Assembly: GCA_001801885.1 (NCBI GenBank)
Contig: MGYU01000075.1
Coordinates: forward strand, 1 to 52,668
Direction: 5' to 3'
Source of the DNA: Gammaproteobacteria bacterium RIFCSPLOWO2_12_47_11
GTDB lineage: Bacteria > Pseudomonadota > Gammaproteobacteria > Eutrophobiales > Eutrophobiaceae
Length of the DNA: 52,668 nucleotides
Part shown: positions 31,132-39,768 of the stretch, piece by piece
Layout: every line of letters begins with the position of its first letter
Numbering within the stretch: the stretch's first letter is position 1
Position numbers and translations under genes: made by a program
The notes under the pieces: model-generated
Database searches by the model: none
Told to the model about the DNA's origin: nothing
What the model saw: the letters and a program-made list of their open reading frames with translations, nothing else

Positions 31132-31420
31132 GTCGCTGCCTGTTCCCCTTTCGTTATGATTATTAATTGTAACCTCTTTTATTTCATAGAGAAATCATCC
31201 CCGCAGGAACTTGCTGTTAGGCCTATTCTGTGCTGCCAGGTTAAAGGGCGTTATTATTAGCATTACAGGTTTCAGGCCTTCGCTATAACTGGTTGAAATA
31301 TAGATTTTAGATCCTGAATGATTGTTTAAAATACATATCGTCCAGGTAATGCGAGGGCAATGAATCGGAAGGTGGAGCTGAATCTGGTGGTTGGTGATTA
31401 GTGAGAAGGAGTCAAGGAAA

Positions 31421-31458
31421 CAAACAACAAATAAATAAGGGGCCTTACGGCCCCTTAT
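31421..31458 (-). terminator. rho-independent terminator of pqqA
   Basis: A perfect 10-bp stem ATAAGGGGCC/GGCCCCTTAT (31435-31444 / 31449-31458) has a 4-nt loop (GTAA on the minus strand). It is followed on the minus strand by TTATTTGTTGTTTG. It lies 26 nt after the pqqA stop. Confidence 0.8.
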
Positions 31459-31483
31459 CGCTAGCTTTTAAAGCTTCAGTACA

Positions 31484-31558
31484 TTACTTGTTGTTGATGT
31501 ACATGGTCACTTCGAAGCCAAAACGAATGTCGTTATATTCTGGTGTAGTCCACTTCAT
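31484..31558 (-). CDS. pqqA: coenzyme PQQ precursor peptide PqqA (24 aa)
   Basis: The hand translation is MKWTTPEYNDIRFGFEVTMYINNK*. This is close to Pseudomonas-type PqqA (MWTKPA.TDLRIGFEVTMYF..R as I recall it), including the E-x-x-x-Y crosslink pair. SD GAGGAG lies 6 nt upstream. It is too short for the ORF track. Confidence 0.9.
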   Translation of the reverse strand: MKWTTPEYNDIRFGFEVTMYINNK

Positions 31559-31643
31559 GATAATCTCCTCATTCTGATTTAGATTGAAAATTTTTGTAGC
31601 CTAGGTTGCCTGTTAACGGGATCCATAAACTACCAATTTGTCG

Positions 31644-31660
31644 TTGCAGTATCTGTGCCA
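31644..31660 (-). promoter_or_regulatory. sigma-54 (-24/-12) promoter upstream of pqqA
   Basis: The minus strand reads TGGCACAGATACTGCAA, against the consensus TGGCAC-N5-TTGCW. The GG/GC spacing is exact and there is one mismatch. It lies about 85 nt upstream of the pqqA ATG. Confidence 0.6.
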
Positions 31661-31701
31661 GTCTGATAATCATTTCATCATGATTAATAATAATACTAAA
31701 T

Positions 31702-31714
31702 AATCAATCACTTA
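31702..31714. promoter_or_regulatory. IHF-like site (WATCAANNNNTTR) between putative enhancer and sigma-54 promoter
   Basis: AATCAATCACTTA lies in an AT-rich tract about 45 nt upstream of the -24 element. Confidence 0.3.
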
Positions 31715-31735
31715 TATATATTATTGCAATGCAGT

Positions 31736-31758
31736 AAACCATTCGGATTCGATGGTTT
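31736..31758. promoter_or_regulatory. inverted repeat AAACCAT-N9-ATGGTTT, candidate enhancer (UAS) for the adjacent sigma-54 activator
   Basis: Perfect 7-bp arms lie about 80-100 nt upstream of the -24/-12 element, in the divergent pqqA/histidine-kinase spacer. Confidence 0.3.
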
Positions 31759-31837
31759 TGAATATCGTATTGGTTAATGATACTCATAGGCTTGGTCTAT
31801 ATGAACCAACTGCCGCATCAGTTATACTCCTCACACT

Positions 31838-33310
31838 ATGTGGTTCAGGCGCCCGAAATCTCTCAGGAATCTGTTAGTTATCCATGAGATCGCCTTTGTC
31901 CTGCTGGTGGCCGTGACCGGATCACTGGGCGGCCTCTCTGCCTATTTCTGGCAGCAATACTCGGCGGAATCCGTACGTATAAATAACCTCATATTCAGTC
32001 TGGAGCAGATCCGTGGCAGCCTTTTCCGGCAGATCCAGGAGGCAATCAGGGCCAGACTGCTGGAGGATGCCGGGGCCCTGGAACTCTATGGTGAATACTC
32101 GCGCAGTATTGATCAACAATTCAATCATCTGAGACAGAATTCAATCTCTTCTGAAGAGGATGTGGCAATCCAGAACCTCCAGGCCTCATACCGTGAAATA
32201 CAAAAGGACATGAACAAGATATTCACTGACCCTTATATGATCAGCCGCACTGTGCGTATGAAGATACTTGATCCACGCTTTGCCCAGAGCATGGTGGGAA
32301 AATTTGAAGGGAAATATCTGGAGATGAAAGCCCTGTTAAATGAGGAACATGAAGAACTGGATCTGGTGCTTCAACGCTGGACCAGTTATGCACCTGTCAT
32401 TATTCCGATTCCATTGTTTCTGGCAATAATACTGGTCTTGTATGCGCGATATATTCTGAACCGTGAATTTATCCAGCCGATGTCGCGTGTCATGACCGGG
32501 GCGCAAATCATCAGTCGTGGGAATCTGGAAAACAAAATTCCTGCCAATGGGGTGGAAGAAGTTTCACAACTGGCCCAGACCATAAACACCATGGCCAGTG
32601 ATCTTGAGGCAAGCCGTTCGGCCCTGGTGGAAAGTGAGAAACAGGCCGCGCTGGGCGCCCTGGTTCCCGTCGTTGCTCACAATATACGTAATCCGCTCGC
32701 CAGCATCAGGGCAACAGCGCAAGTCCTGGATGATGTGGTGGACAAGAAAGAACTGCAGGAAAGCAAGCAGGCCATACTGGAAACTATCGACAGACTGGAG
32801 CGGTGGGTCAGTTCACTGGTGTCTTACCTGCACCCGTTAAAACCAAATTACAGACTGGTCTACGCCAGCAATATGATCGATGCAGCATTATCGCTACTCA
32901 AAATCAAACTCGATGAAAAGGAAGTGACGATTGAAAAAGCCGGTTGGGAAAATGATCTGCGCCTGAATGCGGACCCTAATCTGCTGGAGCAGGCACTTTA
33001 TGCCTTGCTGGCAAATGCAGTAGATGCCTCTCCACAACAATCGGTAATAACTATCAAACTGAAGAACAGGGATAACCATCTTGAAATACACATTCAGGAC
33101 ATGGGTGCGGGACTGCCATTTGATCCAAAACCGAATAATCTTGCACCCGGCCCAACTACAAAGCGTTTTGGCACAGGACTGGGTATTCCAATCGCCTATA
33201 AAATATGTCAACAACATGGCTGGAAACTTGAATTTGAAATAAATAAAGAAGAAGGCACAACTGCAATCATAACAGCGCCAATCAGGGTAGTTGAGGAAAC
33301 AAACGAATGA
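31838..33310 (+). CDS. sensor histidine kinase (2 TM, HAMP, HisKA, HATPase_c)
   Basis: The H-box is VPVVAHNIRNPLASI, the N-box is LLANAVDAS, and the G-boxes are DMGAGL and GTGLGIP. Two TM segments flank a periplasmic region of about 150 aa. Confidence 0.88.
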   Translation: MWFRRPKSLRNLLVIHEIAFVLLVAVTGSLGGLSAYFWQQYSAESVRINNLIFSLEQIRGSLFRQIQEAIRARLLEDAGALELYGEYSRSIDQQFNHLRQNSISSEEDVAIQNLQASYREIQKDMNKIFTDPYMISRTVRMKILDPRFAQSMVGKFEGKYLEMKALLNEEHEELDLVLQRWTSYAPVIIPIPLFLAIILVLYARYILNREFIQPMSRVMTGAQIISRGNLENKIPANGVEEVSQLAQTINTMASDLEASRSALVESEKQAALGALVPVVAHNIRNPLASIRATAQVLDDVVDKKELQESKQAILETIDRLERWVSSLVSYLHPLKPNYRLVYASNMIDAALSLLKIKLDEKEVTIEKAGWENDLRLNADPNLLEQALYALLANAVDASPQQSVITIKLKNRDNHLEIHIQDMGAGLPFDPKPNNLAPGPTTKRFGTGLGIPIAYKICQQHGWKLEFEINKEEGTTAIITAPIRVVEETNE

Positions 33311-34725
33311 AAGAGGTCATCAATACACAACTGACATCCATGACAGTACCTGTGCTGGAAAAGCAGATTTTGATTGTTGAAGATGAAACTGTTTTTGCAC
33401 GGGCGATAGAGAAAAGATTGTCACGTGCAGGTTATAAATGCCAGATTGCCAGCGATATTAAAACTGCGGTTGAAAAACTTGACACATTCCCGCCTGATCT
33501 GATCCTGCTGGACATGCGTTTACCGGATGGTTCAGGTCTTGATTTTCTGGCCGAACTCAGGGCTAAACAAAGCACCAGCATTGCTGTCATCGTCATGTCA
33601 GCCTACGGTGAACTTGAAGATGCCGTTTCTGCCATGAAACTCGGCGCTTCAGATTATCTGAAAAAGCCGGTGGACCTGGATGAGCTGTTACTTAATGTAG
33701 AAAAGGTTCTGGACAAGAATGAACTGTCCAGAAAACTGACTTATTCAACCAAACGTGAACAACATGCAGTTGAAGGCGTGGAGTTTCTGGGAGAATGTCA
33801 AGCCATAGTGGAAATACGAAAACAGGTGGAACAGATCAGCCGCTTAACGCGCACTACAGACGCCATTCCACCTACCGTAATGATTCTCGGTGATACAGGA
33901 ACCGGCAAGGATGTTGTCGCGCGGTTACTGCATGCCAAAAGCAGTCGTAACGATAAACCATTTGTACATGTTGATTGTGCCTCTTTGCCCAAGGATTTGA
34001 TTGAAGCGGAATTGTTTGGTCATGAGAAAGGTGCATATACCAATGCCTATGTGGCAAGGACCGGTTTAATAGAGGCCGCGGAAGACGGTACCTTGTTTCT
34101 GGATGAGATTGGAGAACTGCCTCTCGATCTGCAATCAAAATTACTGGCGGTACTGGAGCGCAGGACCTTGCGCAGGGTGGGAACTACCCAGGAAAAGCCG
34201 GTTGCAGCCTGGTTTATTGCGGCAACTAACCACAATATAGATCAATTGACTCAAAAAGGTGAATTTCGATCCGATCTTTATTACCGGTTGAATGTATTGA
34301 ATATAACCATGCCGCACTTATGCGAACGTGGCCAGGATATCATGATCCTTGCCGGTTATTTTGCTAAACAAACAGCCAGACGCTACGGATTGAAAACACC
34401 TGCTTTTACCAGGGACGCAGAACAGGCACTCATGAATTATTCCTGGCCAGGCAATGTCCGTGAGATGAGACATTTGCTTGAACGCGTGGTGTTACTCGCC
34501 GGAGGCGGTGAGCTGAACAGTGAGATGCTGGCGCTTGCCCCGAGATCCGCCGGGACCAAATCGGAGGCCATAGCAGATTTGGGAGATTTGACACTTGATT
34601 CAGCCGAATTGTTGTTGATAAAACAGGCGCTGGAACGAACCAATGGAAATGTATCCAGAGCCGCACGTGAACTGGGTACTACGCGGATGGCATTAAGATA
34701 TCGAATGAAGAAATATAATTTGTGA
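33307..34725 (+). CDS. sigma-54-dependent response regulator (NtrC family: REC + AAA+ + Fis-type HTH)
   Basis: REC elements are ILIVEDE and LILLDMRLPDGSG. Walker A is GDTGTGKD and Walker B is LFLDEIGE. The sigma-54 contact loop reads GAYTNA (canonical GAFTGA). The C-terminal HTH is NVSRAARELGTTRMALRYRMKK. Its start overlaps the kinase stop. Confidence 0.9.
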   Translation: MKEVINTQLTSMTVPVLEKQILIVEDETVFARAIEKRLSRAGYKCQIASDIKTAVEKLDTFPPDLILLDMRLPDGSGLDFLAELRAKQSTSIAVIVMSAYGELEDAVSAMKLGASDYLKKPVDLDELLLNVEKVLDKNELSRKLTYSTKREQHAVEGVEFLGECQAIVEIRKQVEQISRLTRTTDAIPPTVMILGDTGTGKDVVARLLHAKSSRNDKPFVHVDCASLPKDLIEAELFGHEKGAYTNAYVARTGLIEAAEDGTLFLDEIGELPLDLQSKLLAVLERRTLRRVGTTQEKPVAAWFIAATNHNIDQLTQKGEFRSDLYYRLNVLNITMPHLCERGQDIMILAGYFAKQTARRYGLKTPAFTRDAEQALMNYSWPGNVREMRHLLERVVLLAGGGELNSEMLALAPRSAGTKSEAIADLGDLTLDSAELLLIKQALERTNGNVSRAARELGTTRMALRYRMKKYNL

Positions 34726-34745
34726 CTGGTGACTGGTGATTAGTG
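34722..34745. repeat. heptanucleotide tandem repeat GTGACTG GTGACTG GTGATTA GTG
   Basis: Read directly from the sequence. It spans the whole 14-nt convergent spacer and contains both stop codons (TGA of the activator gene, TAA of ndh on the other strand). Confidence 0.8.
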
Positions 34746-36071
34746 CAGTTTCATCCTGGGTCTGGCTTTACGCGTAAGCAGATCAGCAATTGTAGACAAC
34801 GTGACCCGTAAAAAACCGTGCAGTGCGAGTTGGTGCATTTTATATAATGACACATATACCAGGCGCGCGATGATGCCCTCAATAAATATGTTCCCTGAAA
34901 TCTTGCTTGCCAGGTTCCCCATGAGGCTGCCAACAGTTGAGTAACGGCTTAAGTTAACCAGAGAACCATAATCAACATATCTGTATTCAGGCAGTGGCTG
35001 ATTATCCAGCCTGGCCTTCATGGATTTCACCAAAAGCGAGGCCTGTTGATGGGATGCCTGTGCCCTGGGTGGAACGAATTCATTCGTACCCGGCATAGGG
35101 CAGGCGGCACAATCGCCAAAGGCAAAAATATTATCATCGCGTGTCGTCTGCAGGTTTGTTCTGACAACCAGTTGGTTAATGCGGTTTGTTTCAAGTCCAT
35201 CAATATCTTTCAGGATTGGAGGCGCCATTATACCGGCGGCCCAGACCTTCATTTCCGCGGGGATGAATTTGCCGCTCTCAGTATGCAATCCCTCGGGTGT
35301 GGCTTTTACAATACGCTGGCCTGAGAGAATATCTATATTCAGTTTACGCAGCGCCCGTTCTGTACATCTGGACAAACGCTCTGGTAAAGCGGGAAGTATC
35401 CTGTCTGCAGCATCAATGATAGTGATCTTTACATCCTTATCCGGGGAAATCCGATCCATTCCAAACTCAACAAGTTGATGTGTGGCTGCATATAACTCAG
35501 CGGACAGTTCCACCCCGGTGGCGCCACCACCGGCAATGGCAATATGCAGTTGACCTTCTCTCAAGGGTTCCTTCTGGGTATGGGCAGCCGCATATTTGCG
35601 CAACAATAGTTGATGAAAATGATCAGCTTCCTGCCGTGTATCGAGCATCTGACAATATTTCTTGACCCCGGGTATATCAAAATCGTTACTGACACTGCCC
35701 ACGGCAATAATCAGTGTGTCATAACGGAATGTACGCCTGGGAATATACTCCTCACCATGCTCGTCCACTGACGGCGCCAGACTGATTTCCTGCTTTCTGC
35801 GATCCAGGCCATCCATATAACCGAGCCGGAAACTGAAATGATGCCAATGTGCCTGGACCATATAGCCGACTTCATCTTCATTAGAGTTCAAAGAGCCGGC
35901 CGCGACTTCATGGAGCAGGGGTTTCCATAGATGTGTGCGCGAACCGTCCACCAGCATAATGTCTGCTTTTTTCTTTTTACCTAACTTGTGCCCAAGTCTG
36001 GTCGCAAGTTCCAGCCCTCCGGCACCACCGCCGGCAACAATAATTTTATGCAAACCGGATGATGTATTCAT
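34740..36071 (-). CDS. ndh: type II NADH:quinone oxidoreductase (NDH-2)
   Basis: KIIVAGGGAGGLELATRLGHKLGKKKKADIMLVD....HLWKPLLHEVAAGSL is nearly colinear with E. coli Ndh. The second dinucleotide fold is IAIAGGGATGVELSAEL. Confidence 0.93.
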   Translation of the reverse strand: MNTSSGLHKIIVAGGGAGGLELATRLGHKLGKKKKADIMLVDGSRTHLWKPLLHEVAAGSLNSNEDEVGYMVQAHWHHFSFRLGYMDGLDRRKQEISLAPSVDEHGEEYIPRRTFRYDTLIIAVGSVSNDFDIPGVKKYCQMLDTRQEADHFHQLLLRKYAAAHTQKEPLREGQLHIAIAGGGATGVELSAELYAATHQLVEFGMDRISPDKDVKITIIDAADRILPALPERLSRCTERALRKLNIDILSGQRIVKATPEGLHTESGKFIPAEMKVWAAGIMAPPILKDIDGLETNRINQLVVRTNLQTTRDDNIFAFGDCAACPMPGTNEFVPPRAQASHQQASLLVKSMKARLDNQPLPEYRYVDYGSLVNLSRYSTVGSLMGNLASKISGNIFIEGIIARLVYVSLYKMHQLALHGFLRVTLSTIADLLTRKARPRMKLH

Positions 36072-36136
36072 TTAATACTGTCCGTAATCCATATTGTCAT
36101 TCAGGAGATGATATAATACCTTTTTCAAGGTAACGA

Positions 36137-36445
36137 TTGATAATGTTAATTTCAGATTTCAGCGAGGTAGGCAAAGTGGATGAAAAAACACGTATCGAAC
36201 TGGAGGCAGCAGCATTTCGTGCCATGGTAAATCATCTGAGGGAGCATAAGGAAGTACAGAATATCGATTTGATGAATCTTGCCGGTTTCTGCCGGAATTG
36301 TCTTTCCAAATGGTATCTTGCCGCAGCAAAAGAAAGGGGTATAGACATGGATTATGAACAGTCCAGGGAGATCATTTATGGCATGCCGTATTCTGAGTGG
36401 AAAGCCAGATATCAACAAGGTGACAAGCAGGACATCTCCAAATAA
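36137..36445 (+). CDS. DUF1244 family protein
   Basis: ELEAAAFRAMVNHLREHKEVQNIDLMNLAGFCRNCLSKWY is the hallmark DUF1244 stretch as I remember it. Confidence 0.75.
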   Translation: MIMLISDFSEVGKVDEKTRIELEAAAFRAMVNHLREHKEVQNIDLMNLAGFCRNCLSKWYLAAAKERGIDMDYEQSREIIYGMPYSEWKARYQQGDKQDISK

Positions 36446-36680
36446 TCCGCCTGTAATTTGACCAGTACAATCGTGCATGCTATAAATTCAGCGAGTCTTC
36501 TGCTTTATAATACCGCTAGCTAATATTGCATGAACCAGACTGTTACAGCCATGTCCGACATGGTTGAATCTGGTTTATCGTTTCATAATTATATTATTTT
36601 TTACATAATTGTATCTGGAACGTTCTTGTGTAGTTTGTGTTTGGAATAATTCCCGGACAGAAAGACAGGGCAAAAAAAAT

Positions 36681-37229
36681 ATGAAAAAGATACAGGGTTA
36701 TACAAATTCCATCGTGATACTGCACTGGTTGATTGCCATAGGCGTATTCATCCTCATGGGCATGGGCTGGTACATGGTCGGTCTGGAAAAAGGAACGCCA
36801 GCCGTTACGCATTATTATAATCTGCATAAATCCATTGGTCTGATTACACTTGCCCTGGTTGCATTGTTAATCAGTTTCCGTTTACGTAACCAGCCGCCCG
36901 GCTTACCGGACTGTCTGCCAGCATGGGAAATCAGGGCGGCAAAAGCAGGTCATTACATTATTTATATTTTCCTGATCGTAGTTCCGTTGAGTGGTTATAT
37001 AGAATCCAATTTCGCCAAATGGGGCATTCATTTTTTCGGATATCATCTGCCATCATGGGGACCGGAAAATAAAAATTTATATACAATCTTTAATTGGATA
37101 CATGTTTACAGTTCCAATATTTTTGCCGGGCTAGTCACATTGCATTTTCTGGCCGCACTCAAGCACATGATAAAGCGTAATAAAATTGTATATCGTATGT
37201 TACCGTCATCCAGCAGGCCGGAAGCTTGA
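36681..37229 (+). CDS. cytochrome b561 family protein
   Basis: The protein starts MKKIQGYTNSIVILHWLIAIGVF. It has four TM helices with conserved His residues (HW.., ..H at LHKS, HVYSS, LHFLAALKH). The track start at 36609 is an upstream extension. Confidence 0.8.
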   Translation: MKKIQGYTNSIVILHWLIAIGVFILMGMGWYMVGLEKGTPAVTHYYNLHKSIGLITLALVALLISFRLRNQPPGLPDCLPAWEIRAAKAGHYIIYIFLIVVPLSGYIESNFAKWGIHFFGYHLPSWGPENKNLYTIFNWIHVYSSNIFAGLVTLHFLAALKHMIKRNKIVYRMLPSSSRPEA

Positions 37230-37271
37230 TAAAAATAAAGAAAAATACAGGAATGAGAATTCTGTTTCCGG

Positions 37272-37302
37272 CATCAAGGTTTCCATTTAATAAACCTTGA
37301 TG
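37272..37302. terminator. 11-bp perfect hairpin between convergent cytochrome b561 and TraB/GumN genes (possible bidirectional terminator)
   Basis: CATCAAGGTTT-(9 nt)-AAACCTTGATG. The right arm overlaps the last codons of the GumN-like ORF. The flanking T-tracts are weak. Confidence 0.3.
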
Positions 37303-38228
37303 ATTTCGTAGCCTTTATTTTCAAGAAGTTTCAGCAAGCCTTTTTCATCCGGCAGATGTGATGCGCCGACGGCGATAAATGCACCGCCATGTTGCAGATA
37401 AGGTTCCATCTTTTCCAGCATACGATGACTCCTGTCATAGAGTATGCGTTGCATAAACCTGTCAAAAATTGCTTCATCATAATGCGGTTGTTCGTTGAAA
37501 ATGACTGTACCTGCAAGGTCGCGGGCCAGATACATATCCACCAGATCGCGTGTCTTTCTGATTATGCCGGAATGATTACAAACTGTGTCATTGAGGATGA
37601 TGATCTGATCATCAACCGGAATCCCGTCAAGTATGCCGGCCAGTTCATCCATGGTTTCCAGTCCGTAGACAGTTTTGTTCGAGTCCAGGGCCTATTGCAT
37701 TAATACCTGTTCCTGGGTGGTTGCATTTACCGGGCGTGGCCTGCCAATCTGGGTAAAGGCAGCCCGGGGTTTGAGGCGCCGGACATTTTCTTCAGGAATG
37801 CCGTAATCAGTGATCTTCTCTACCAGTTTGTTATAGATTTCCTTATCCAGCATGGTTTCCAGATTGCTGTCATCTGTAAAGTAGATTGATTCAACAAATT
37901 GTTGATGCGCCTCCTGGTCCGGGACAACCTCTATCACCAGTGTACGGCTTTGCAATAATGCCAGTCTTACCGGCGGGGGAATGGCAGTGACCTTTCTGTC
38001 CTGGGAATGCATGGTGCCAAACAGATAGGAAACTCCTGCCTGCGGATACCGGATCTTCCATAACAAACCGTTACCATAAGGTATACTCCCACGTGCTTTT
38101 GTATTCAGGCCAGATTGGTTATGATCCTGCCGGTAGGGCTCACATATTCCGGGTAGAGATTCCCCGGCAGCGGCACCGGCTGGAAGAACACCAGCAGCCA
38201 AGAATAATAACAAGAATAAATTCAGCAT
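37287..38228 (-). pseudogene. TraB/GumN family protein interrupted by a single in-frame TAG (at 37692-37694)
   Basis: ORFs 37692-38228 and 37287-37652 are in the same frame. Translation across the stop reads ..TTQEQVLMQ*ALDSNKTVYGLETMDELAG.., which restores the family GLET motif. The N-terminal LLWKI...SYLFGTMH and the C-terminal VGASHLPDEKGLLKLLENKGYEI are typical of the family. Confidence 0.75.
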
Positions 38229-38293
38229 AGATTCCGCATTTCAAACATATACAGGCTTGATAATAATGCTGTTAGTTACTGCATAAATTGATA

Positions 38294-39745
38294 ATGAATA
38301 TCCGGTTCTCAATAGTTATATTCCGGTTAAAACCAGATCAGATCTTGCTGTGCTTGCTGGTAATTGTACTCGGCGGGTGCGCACCTTACCAGTATGAAGC
38401 AAAACCATTGCAAACAACACAACTCGAAGCAAAATTCATGTCCAGGAATCCGGATGATGTACGTCTGAACGAACATTTGCTTGGTTATGGTTACCCGATC
38501 AAACAATGGCCATTACCCGAATGGGACCTGGATGCATTGACATTGGCGGCCTATTATTTTCATCCTGAATTACAAGTTGCCATGGCAGATTTTCACAAAG
38601 CCATGATTCATGCAGAGATGGTCACGCGGAGGATTAATCCCGGTGTAGAAATACCCCTTGAATATCACAGCAACACCAGCGGTGGTGAATCACCCTGGAC
38701 GATTGGTCTGTTGTTTGATTTCATTCTGGAACGTCCTGCCAAACGGCAGGCGCGCTATGAGCAGGCAGATGCCGAGGTGAATGTCACCAGAATAAATATC
38801 AATACAACGGCCTGGAATATCTATAGTGGTTTACGGCGGCAATATTTCAACTATCAGTCAGTGTTGAAAAACCAGGAACAACTGCAGGCACAGGAAAAAA
38901 TAACAGAAGAGGTTTTGAAACTTCTGGCCAGACGTCTGGAACTCGGCGAGGCCAGTGAATTCGAGATGAGTTCCATACAGCTTGATTTGCAACGAGCACG
39001 TCTTGCACTGACAAATCACAAAGTCGCTGTAGTTGATGCCAAACATGCATTGGCTGGTAGTCTGGGTTTGCCGGTTACTGCGTTGGATAACATGAATATC
39101 GCATATGCTGATCCTGGCACGCTGATCACGATCAGTAGTCTTGGCCGGGATGAACTGCAATCAATTGCCTTGACACAGCGGCTGGATATACAACAGGCAT
39201 TGGCCCAATACAGTGTCCATGAAGCTGCATTACGGCTGGAAATAGAGAAACAATATCCAGACATTAATTTATCTCCGGGTTTTATATTTGACCAGAGTGA
39301 GAGTGACAGGATATGGGCATTGGGTACTGCATGGATATTACCCTTGTTTTATCCCCAGAATGAAGGTCCGATCAAGGAAGCATTGGCAGTACGTGAAAGC
39401 AAACAGGCTGAATTCCTGGCCTTGCAGGCACGTGTAATTAATGAGGTGGCTATGGCTGAGGGGCGTCTGCAGGCACAAAAATCAGCGCTGCAGGAAGCTG
39501 AACAATTACTGGAAGAAACGCGCGAGCGTAACCGGCAAATGCAAAGACAATTTGATCTGGGTTATGCCGATCATCTGCAATTAAGCAGAAGCCGGCTTGA
39601 AGTCGCAACTGTTGAACAGGCCGTTTCCGAATTGTGGTTTTCAGTGATCAAATCTGCCGGTCAGCTTGAAGATGCCATACAATACCCGTTGTTTATCAAA
39701 CAGACCTACCAGTATTTGTTGGATACTGCAGGTCCGGATGAATAA
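38294..39745 (+). CDS. outer-membrane efflux lipoprotein (TolC/NodT/CzcC family)
   Basis: Lipobox LGGC. Two coiled, repeat-like halves are typical of outer membrane factors. It is the first gene of a three-gene RND operon. Confidence 0.75.
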   Translation: MNIRFSIVIFRLKPDQILLCLLVIVLGGCAPYQYEAKPLQTTQLEAKFMSRNPDDVRLNEHLLGYGYPIKQWPLPEWDLDALTLAAYYFHPELQVAMADFHKAMIHAEMVTRRINPGVEIPLEYHSNTSGGESPWTIGLLFDFILERPAKRQARYEQADAEVNVTRININTTAWNIYSGLRRQYFNYQSVLKNQEQLQAQEKITEEVLKLLARRLELGEASEFEMSSIQLDLQRARLALTNHKVAVVDAKHALAGSLGLPVTALDNMNIAYADPGTLITISSLGRDELQSIALTQRLDIQQALAQYSVHEAALRLEIEKQYPDINLSPGFIFDQSESDRIWALGTAWILPLFYPQNEGPIKEALAVRESKQAEFLALQARVINEVAMAEGRLQAQKSALQEAEQLLEETRERNRQMQRQFDLGYADHLQLSRSRLEVATVEQAVSELWFSVIKSAGQLEDAIQYPLFIKQTYQYLLDTAGPDE

Positions 39746-39768
39746 CCGGATATATTAATAATAAAATC

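Noticed and set aside
31215-31245. A second sigma-54-like element (minus-strand TGGCAG-N..) upstream of the Ldt/ExbBD-like operon.
   Set aside because: With correct spacing from the GG, the -12 position reads TA instead of GC. This fails the core GG-N10-GC rule.
31132-31420. Small ORFs (22 aa or less) on both strands of the 350-nt spacer between the Ldt gene and pqqA, as possible further peptide genes or a small RNA.
   Set aside because: None has an SD or any resemblance to PqqA or another known peptide. I could not identify a convincing promoter/terminator pair for an sRNA.
36533-36573. Imperfect nested inverted repeat (AACCAGA...CCATGTC-C-GACATGG...TCTGGTT) downstream of the DUF1244 gene as a terminator.
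   Set aside because: It lies about 90 nt past the stop and the inner stem leaves too small a loop. The outer stem has a large mismatched interior and there is no T-tract.
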